The notes beneath the pieces are model-generated. The model was not told where the DNA came from. It searched no databases and worked only from the letters and a program-made list of their open reading frames with translations. Of a DNA stretch of 64,000 nt, positions 59,729-64,000 are shown piece by piece. The position numbers and the translations under genes were made by a program. The stretch's first letter is position 1. Each line of letters opens with the position of its first letter. The DNA is from an uncultured Planctomycetota bacterium (GTDB lineage: Bacteria; Planctomycetota; PLA2; JAEUHO01): the NCBI GenBank assembly GCA_963802335.1, contig CAWDIE010000009.1, positions 111,421 through 175,420 on the forward strand, read 5' to 3'.

Positions 59729-60724
59729 TCAGTCGGTCTCGACGTCCACGTGCACCAACTCGGGGTGCCGCTCGACGAGCGCGGCTTCGATACGGTCGAC
59801 CTCGGCGCCGATGCGGTCCAGCATGCGCTCCGCCATCCCGCTCGTGTAGCGCGTCCAGGTCGCGTCGTCCTCGGCTTTCGTCGGGGCGGCCTCTCGTGCG
59901 ACGCGCGCTTCCTCCTCGCCCAGCCAGGCGGGATCGAACTCCACCTCGGCGCTCAGTCGGAATTGGTGGGCACCGAGCACGCGGGTCCGAAACCGCTCGA
60001 CGCGGCGAACGGACGGTTGCGCCTCCAGGAACCCGACGATGTCTCCGACGATCTCGGGGGCGATGGCCGGTCCGAGAATCAGGCGTCGGTTGCTCCACGC
60101 CAGCCAGACGGCCACGGCGCCGAGCATGAGTCCGATGATGATCGAGGCCAGCGCGTCCCACATGGGGGAGTGCGTCGCCTGGCTCAGCAGGATGCCCGCC
60201 GCCGCGATGATCACACCCAAGCAGGCGACGAAGTCCTCGAGGAGCACGGCCACCGCGGTGGGGTCGGTCGCACGCCCGATGTAGGTGAAGAGGGGCGTGT
60301 CGCCCTTCTGGGCCATCACGCTGCGGAGCGCGACCACGAAGATCACCCCTTCGACCAGAAGCGAGATGCCCAGCACGATGAAGACGAGGGGCGTCAGGTC
60401 CAGGTGGTGGGGATGGATCAGGTTGCGGATGCCGTGATAGACGCTCACGCCGCAGCCCAGCACGAAGATGCCCGCGGCCGAGAGGAGCGCGAACAGGTAC
60501 CGCTCCGCGCCATACCCGTACGGATAGCGGGCGTCGGCGGGTCGCTCGCTCCGCTGGATTCCGACGAAGAGGAGCGCCTGATTCGACGTGTCGGCGAAGG
60601 AGTGGATCGCCTCGGAGAGCATCGCGCCCGACCCCGAGACCAGGAACGCCACGGTCTTGATGGCGAAGAGCGCCGCGTTGCCTATGACCGCGCCGAGGAC
60701 CGTCCCTTTCGACGTGGCCGCCAC
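59729..60724 (-). CDS. cation diffusion facilitator (CDF) family metal efflux transporter
   Basis: GTG start VAATSKGTVLGAV. Motifs SEAIHSFADT and LLEDFVACLGVI. Six TM helices and a C-terminal cytoplasmic domain. Confidence 0.75.
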   Translation of the reverse strand: MAATSKGTVLGAVIGNAALFAIKTVAFLVSGSGAMLSEAIHSFADTSNQALLFVGIQRSERPADARYPYGYGAERYLFALLSAAGIFVLGCGVSVYHGIRNLIHPHHLDLTPLVFIVLGISLLVEGVIFVVALRSVMAQKGDTPLFTYIGRATDPTAVAVLLEDFVACLGVIIAAAGILLSQATHSPMWDALASIIIGLMLGAVAVWLAWSNRRLILGPAIAPEIVGDIVGFLEAQPSVRRVERFRTRVLGAHQFRLSAEVEFDPAWLGEEEARVAREAAPTKAEDDATWTRYTSGMAERMLDRIGAEVDRIEAALVERHPELVHVDVETD

Positions 60725-61039
60725 TGCATCTCTCCCTCGAAAACAGACCGCGGGCGCCAGGACGACCACGGAGACCCGAAGACGCCGGCGGGGGCCCTTA
60801 GGGCTGCTTCCTTCCGGACCTGACCCGGTTCGGACGCGCCGACCCCTCGGGGCGTGGCCGTCCTGTCGCCCGCGGGGAACGGGATCCTACGCGGGCCCCT
60901 CGAGGGGGCCCACCCTTTCCCCGGCCGGGGGAAGGGGGCAAAGGCATGTCACCTGGGGCCCACTTCGTGACATGAAAGCGACGTTCCGTGACCCAGGTCT
61001 ACGTAAACTCTGTTCATTCCTAGAGTAAGGAAACTCGGA

Positions 61040-61212
61040 GTTTGCTTCCGCGTGGCATGGATCGTCGCGCATATTGTTGTTTGCTTATTTGAAGTATTCG
61101 TAACTTGTTGTCTGACAGTAGTTTGCAAACGCATATCTCAGGTGGATTTGAGCGTTGCATGAGGTGTCAAGAAGTGTAATCTTCTGCCTGAGCAGGTCCC
61201 CTCAGGGGGTGG
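61040..61212 (+). promoter_or_regulatory. AT-rich mraZ upstream region with candidate sigma70 promoter (TTGCAT-N16-TAATCT)
   Basis: Local GC drops to roughly 45% in a 70% GC genome. ttgcatgaggtgtcaagaagtgtaatct lies ~25 bp upstream of the mraZ start. GGTGG/GTGGG-type repeats lie nearby. Confidence 0.45.
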
Positions 61213-61662
61213 GTGGAGCCTCGAGTGAGTCCCTTCACGGGTCATCGTGATCATCGGATCGACGGGAAGGACCGGGTGGTGATCCCGGCGTCGTTCGCCC
61301 ACCGGATCCAGGGAGACAGCGACGGCCGGCTCTTCCTCGTCCCGAGCAACGATGCCCCCTGCCTCGAGGCCTACCCGGCCCGCATCTACGAGGCCATGGC
61401 GACCGCCCAGGTGCCCAACCGGTTCGAGGGCCGCCAGGACCTCAAGCGGCTCTTCTTCCAGAACGCGGAAGAGGTCGAGCTCAAGGGGCCCGGCCGGATC
61501 ACCCTGCCCAAGCGGTTCCTCGCCTACTTCCCGCGCGACGAGGTGCGGATCGCGGGCATGAACACCTACCTGGAACTCTGGGATCCCAAGACCTGGGACG
61601 AGCGCATCGGCATGGCGCTCTCGTCGCAGGTGCCACCGGGCCTCCAGAGCTCCGGGGACTGA
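61213..61662 (+). CDS. mraZ: transcriptional regulator MraZ
   Basis: Two DxxGR..IP repeats (DGKDRVVIP, KGPGRITLP). It is the first gene of the dcw cluster. Confidence 0.85.
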   Translation: MEPRVSPFTGHRDHRIDGKDRVVIPASFAHRIQGDSDGRLFLVPSNDAPCLEAYPARIYEAMATAQVPNRFEGRQDLKRLFFQNAEEVELKGPGRITLPKRFLAYFPRDEVRIAGMNTYLELWDPKTWDERIGMALSSQVPPGLQSSGD

Positions 61663-61669
61663 GCCGGGG

Positions 61670-62621
61670 ATGGCCCCGGCTCGCGACGATCTTTCCCATA
61701 TCCATCGGCCCGTCATGGTGGACGAGGTGCGCACGTTCCTGCTCGGTGGCCTGGGCCCCGAGTCCGCTCGTGCGGCCCTTGCTCGTCGACGGCACCGTCG
61801 GTCTCGGCGGGCACGCCCAGGCGATGCTCGAGGCGCGGCCGGACGTTCGCGTCCTCGGCCTCGACCGAGACGCCGAGGCGTTGGCGCTCGCCGGGAAACG
61901 GCTGGCTCCGTTCGAGCGTCGCGTTCGGCTCGTCCACGCGAGCTACGCGGATGTCGGCGGCGTGCTCGCGTCACTCGGCGAAACGCCCCCGCAGGGCGTC
62001 CTGCTCGATCTCGGTGCGTCGTCCCTGCAATTCGACGATCCCGAGCGGGGATTCAGCTTCCGCGAGGGGCGCGAAGGCGCGGACATGCGCTTCGATCGTT
62101 CGGCCGACACGCCGACCGCATTGGACCTCGTGAACGACCTGGACGAGCGGGCGCTCGCGGACCTGATCCACCATTTGGGGGAGGAGCCGCGCGCACGCGC
62201 CGTGGCCCGCGCCCTGGTCGGGCGTCGTCCTATCCGGGATGGTGCCCATCTCGCCGAGGTCGTACGCGGCGCGGCGTTTCGCACCCGCCGGCACGACGCG
62301 GCGACGCGGACGTTCCAGGCGCTCCGCATCGCGGTGAACGACGAGTACGCCGTGCTCGAGCGAGGGCTCGAGGCGGCGATCGACGCCGCCGCGCCCGGGG
62401 CGCGCGTGGTGGTCATCTCGTTCCACAGCGGCGAGGACCGACGCGTGAAGGTCGCCTTTCGGGAGGCGGCGCGGAGCGGGCGCGGCGTGGTGCTGACGAA
62501 GAAGCCCCAGCGGCCGACGGACGAGGAGACAAGAGACAACCGGAGAGCACGGCCGTCGAGGCTGCGCGCCTTCGAGGTAACGGGACCGGACAAGACGAGG
62601 GAGGAGCAGGCACGGGGATGA
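61670..62621 (+). CDS. rsmH: 16S rRNA (cytosine1402-N4)-methyltransferase RsmH (frameshift near 61777)
   Basis: N-terminus HIHRPVMVDEVRTFLLGGLGPESARAA lies in frame 2. The body LLVDGTVGLGGHA...ISFHSGEDRRVK lies in frame 0. They join if one C is removed from the gcggCCCtt run. Confidence 0.8.
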
Positions 62622-62857
62622 GAGCGTTGGCGGCGATTGCAGTCCTCCTTTCGACGGTGGCCGTGGCCCTCGTCGGGGTCCGCCTGCGTAGCGAAAACCA
62701 CCAGCTCGAGCGCATGGTCTGGGAGGAGATGCGGCGCCGGGACAGCCTCGCCCGTCAGATCCGCGACGTGCAGGCTCAGATCCAGACTGTGCTCTCTCCG
62801 CGGTCCCTGCTCCAGGAGACGCGTCCTGTCCTCTCGGCCACCGAGGTGGACGAATGA
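62618..62857 (+). CDS. ftsL: cell division protein FtsL-like
   Basis: A 79-aa protein with a single TM helix ALAAIAVLLSTVAVALVGV followed by a coiled coil. It sits between rsmH and ftsI with ATGA overlaps on both sides. Confidence 0.65.
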   Translation: MRALAAIAVLLSTVAVALVGVRLRSENHQLERMVWEEMRRRDSLARQIRDVQAQIQTVLSPRSLLQETRPVLSATEVDE

Positions 62858-64000
62858 GCCGCCGCACCCGCGCTACCCGCCTGCCTCGCTCGGTCCCCGT
62901 GGGCCAGCTGCGCCGCAACCTCGAGTCCGTCCAGCGCTTCCGGCTGAACGTCGTCTTCGGCGCCCTCCTCGTGATCCTCCTGGGACTTCTCGGGCGGCTC
63001 GGCAAGCTCCAGATCGTGGACGCAGCCACGTTTCGGTCCGAAGCCCAGGATCAGCAGACCCGGAAGGTCACCTTTCGAGGGCAGCGGGGGCGTCTGCTCG
63101 ACATCCATGGGCGTGTGCTCGCCACGAGCCGGCCGGCGCTCTGCGTGAGTGTGGACAAGCACGTGCTGGAGCGCGGCAATACGGATAAGCGGCGCTTCGC
63201 CGAGAAACTGGCCCTTCTGCTCGACGCCGAGCGGGAAACGGGCGCCATCTACAAGCGGATCATCGACAGCGACCCCGCCACCCGGCACGTCACCATCCGT
63301 CGGCAGGTCGAAGACGAGCGTATCGCTTCCCGCCTGCTGATGGTCAAGGGGTACCGCGCGACGCTCGACGCCGGCCTGGAGGGGCTCTCCATCCAAGCCG
63401 TCGAGCAGCGCACGTATCCGAACGGGAGCTATGCCGCGCACGTGACGGGGCGGGCGCCGTGCCCCGGGGACGCCAAGAACCTGGGGTCGGGCCTCGAGCG
63501 CGCACTCGACGCGAGCCTCCAGGGGGACGACGTCGGCCTTCGCGTGCGGTCCGACGCCCGCGGTCGCTGCCGGTCGTCCTTGGCGCTGGATCCCATTCTC
63601 TCGCGCGGCCAGGACGTCCGGCTCACGCTGGACATCGTCGTCCAGCACTACCTCGAGCAGGCACTCGACCGGATCCAGAACGACTGGCAGGCGGAGTTCT
63701 CGCTCGGGATCGTGATGGATCCCCACACCGGCCACATCCTCGCCCTGGCCAATCGCCCCACCTTCGATCCCAACACCGAGGCCCGGACGTACAACCACGC
63801 CGTCCAGAACCTCCTCCCCCCCGGCTCGATCTTCAAGCCGCTCGTCGTGGCCTACGGCCTCGGGGAGGGCGTGCTCGACGTCGAGGAACGGCTTCCCCTG
63901 CCCCGTCGCATGGTGTTCTCGTGGCGACGCGGCCGCCGCACCGTCTCCGACCTGCATGAGACGTGCGACTGGGACGGTCGGGGTGATGTGGTCCAGGTCA
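62854..64000 (+). CDS. ftsI: peptidoglycan D,D-transpeptidase FtsI (penicillin-binding protein), 3'-partial
   Basis: This is my own frame-1 translation; it is not in the ORF track because it runs off the window. TM anchor, LTLDIVVQHYLEQAL, GIVMDPHTGHILALANRPTFDPN and the SxxK active site GSIFKP. Confidence 0.75.
   Translation, partial: MSRRTRATRLPRSVPVGQLRRNLESVQRFRLNVVFGALLVILLGLLGRLGKLQIVDAATFRSEAQDQQTRKVTFRGQRGRLLDIHGRVLATSRPALCVSVDKHVLERGNTDKRRFAEKLALLLDAERETGAIYKRIIDSDPATRHVTIRRQVEDERIASRLLMVKGYRATLDAGLEGLSIQAVEQRTYPNGSYAAHVTGRAPCPGDAKNLGSGLERALDASLQGDDVGLRVRSDARGRCRSSLALDPILSRGQDVRLTLDIVVQHYLEQALDRIQNDWQAEFSLGIVMDPHTGHILALANRPTFDPNTEARTYNHAVQNLLPPGSIFKPLVVAYGLGEGVLDVEERLPLPRRMVFSWRRGRRTVSDLHETCDWDGRGDVVQV

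Noticed and set aside
58098-60724. Genomic island at tRNA-Ser
   Set aside because: There is no integrase, no transposase and no direct repeat of the tRNA 3' end. The downstream genes (K+ channel, CDF) are ordinary chromosomal cargo at background GC.
61670-62857. 395-aa ORF read as one protein
   Set aside because: It is chimeric. It joins the first ~35 aa of rsmH, Arg-rich out-of-frame junk, and then ftsL in the same frame. The real rsmH body is the 61746..62621 ORF.

Overview
This is a ~70% GC bacterial chromosomal segment with dense coding on both strands and strong GC3 bias in the real genes. The content is mostly core or anaerobic-style metabolism; the items below give gene, coordinates and strand. 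(1) 1008..4407 (-): three-gene module of TAT-exported DUF362, NapH-like membrane polyferredoxin and a signal-anchored hypothetical. (2) 4492..5493 (+): TAT-signal aldo/keto reductase. (3) 6796..8917 (-): two-FHA-domain protein followed by a PLP decarboxylase. (4) 16065..21083 (+): complete beta-oxidation electron-transfer module of membrane FeS oxidoreductase, etfB, etfA and an acyl-CoA dehydrogenase. (5) 21112..22157 (-): orphan AmmeMemoRadiSam-type radical SAM (AmrS-like) gene. (6) serC 23405..24487 (+), serA 24519..25700 (+), serB 25705..26361 (-): serine biosynthesis genes. (7) 27210..32658: beta-propeller/c-type cytochrome/di-haem peroxidase/PAP2 operon (+ strand) with a divergent radical-SAM-like gene (- strand) carrying a CX14CX2C motif. 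(8) tldD 36176..37626 (-), pmbA 34834..36177 (-) and an M1 aminopeptidase with HEAT-repeat tail 37687..40206 (-). (9) 40354..41352 (+): orphan QueC-like PP-loop protein. (10) 42070..44562 (+): GGDEF response regulator followed by a CHAD-CYTH protein. (11) tpx 44833..45327 (-). (12) 46627..49331 (+): HlyD adaptor translationally coupled to a secreted prenyltransferase/squalene-oxidase-repeat toroid protein. (13) korA 53652..55526 (+) and korB 55523..56554 (+). (14) tRNA-Ser(GGA) 58098..58189 (+), a 2TM K+ channel with RCK domains 58222..59253 (+), and a CDF transporter 59729..60724 (-). (15) mraZ 61213..61662 (+), rsmH 61670..62621 (+), ftsL 62618..62857 (+), ftsI 62854..64000 (+, partial): start of the dcw cluster. 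No integrase, transposase, CRISPR array or restriction/defence hallmark was found. Several candidate novel modules are flagged in the findings, but no single unambiguous new system was identified. At least 14 genes are broken by ±1 frameshifts that map to short homopolymers or short repeats, concentrated at 20.7-21.5 kb and 34.4-38.7 kb. This points to indel errors in the assembly rather than pseudogenes. Two copies of a ~37-bp intergenic repeat, 13.5 kb apart, and a (GCGAC)n microsatellite were also seen.
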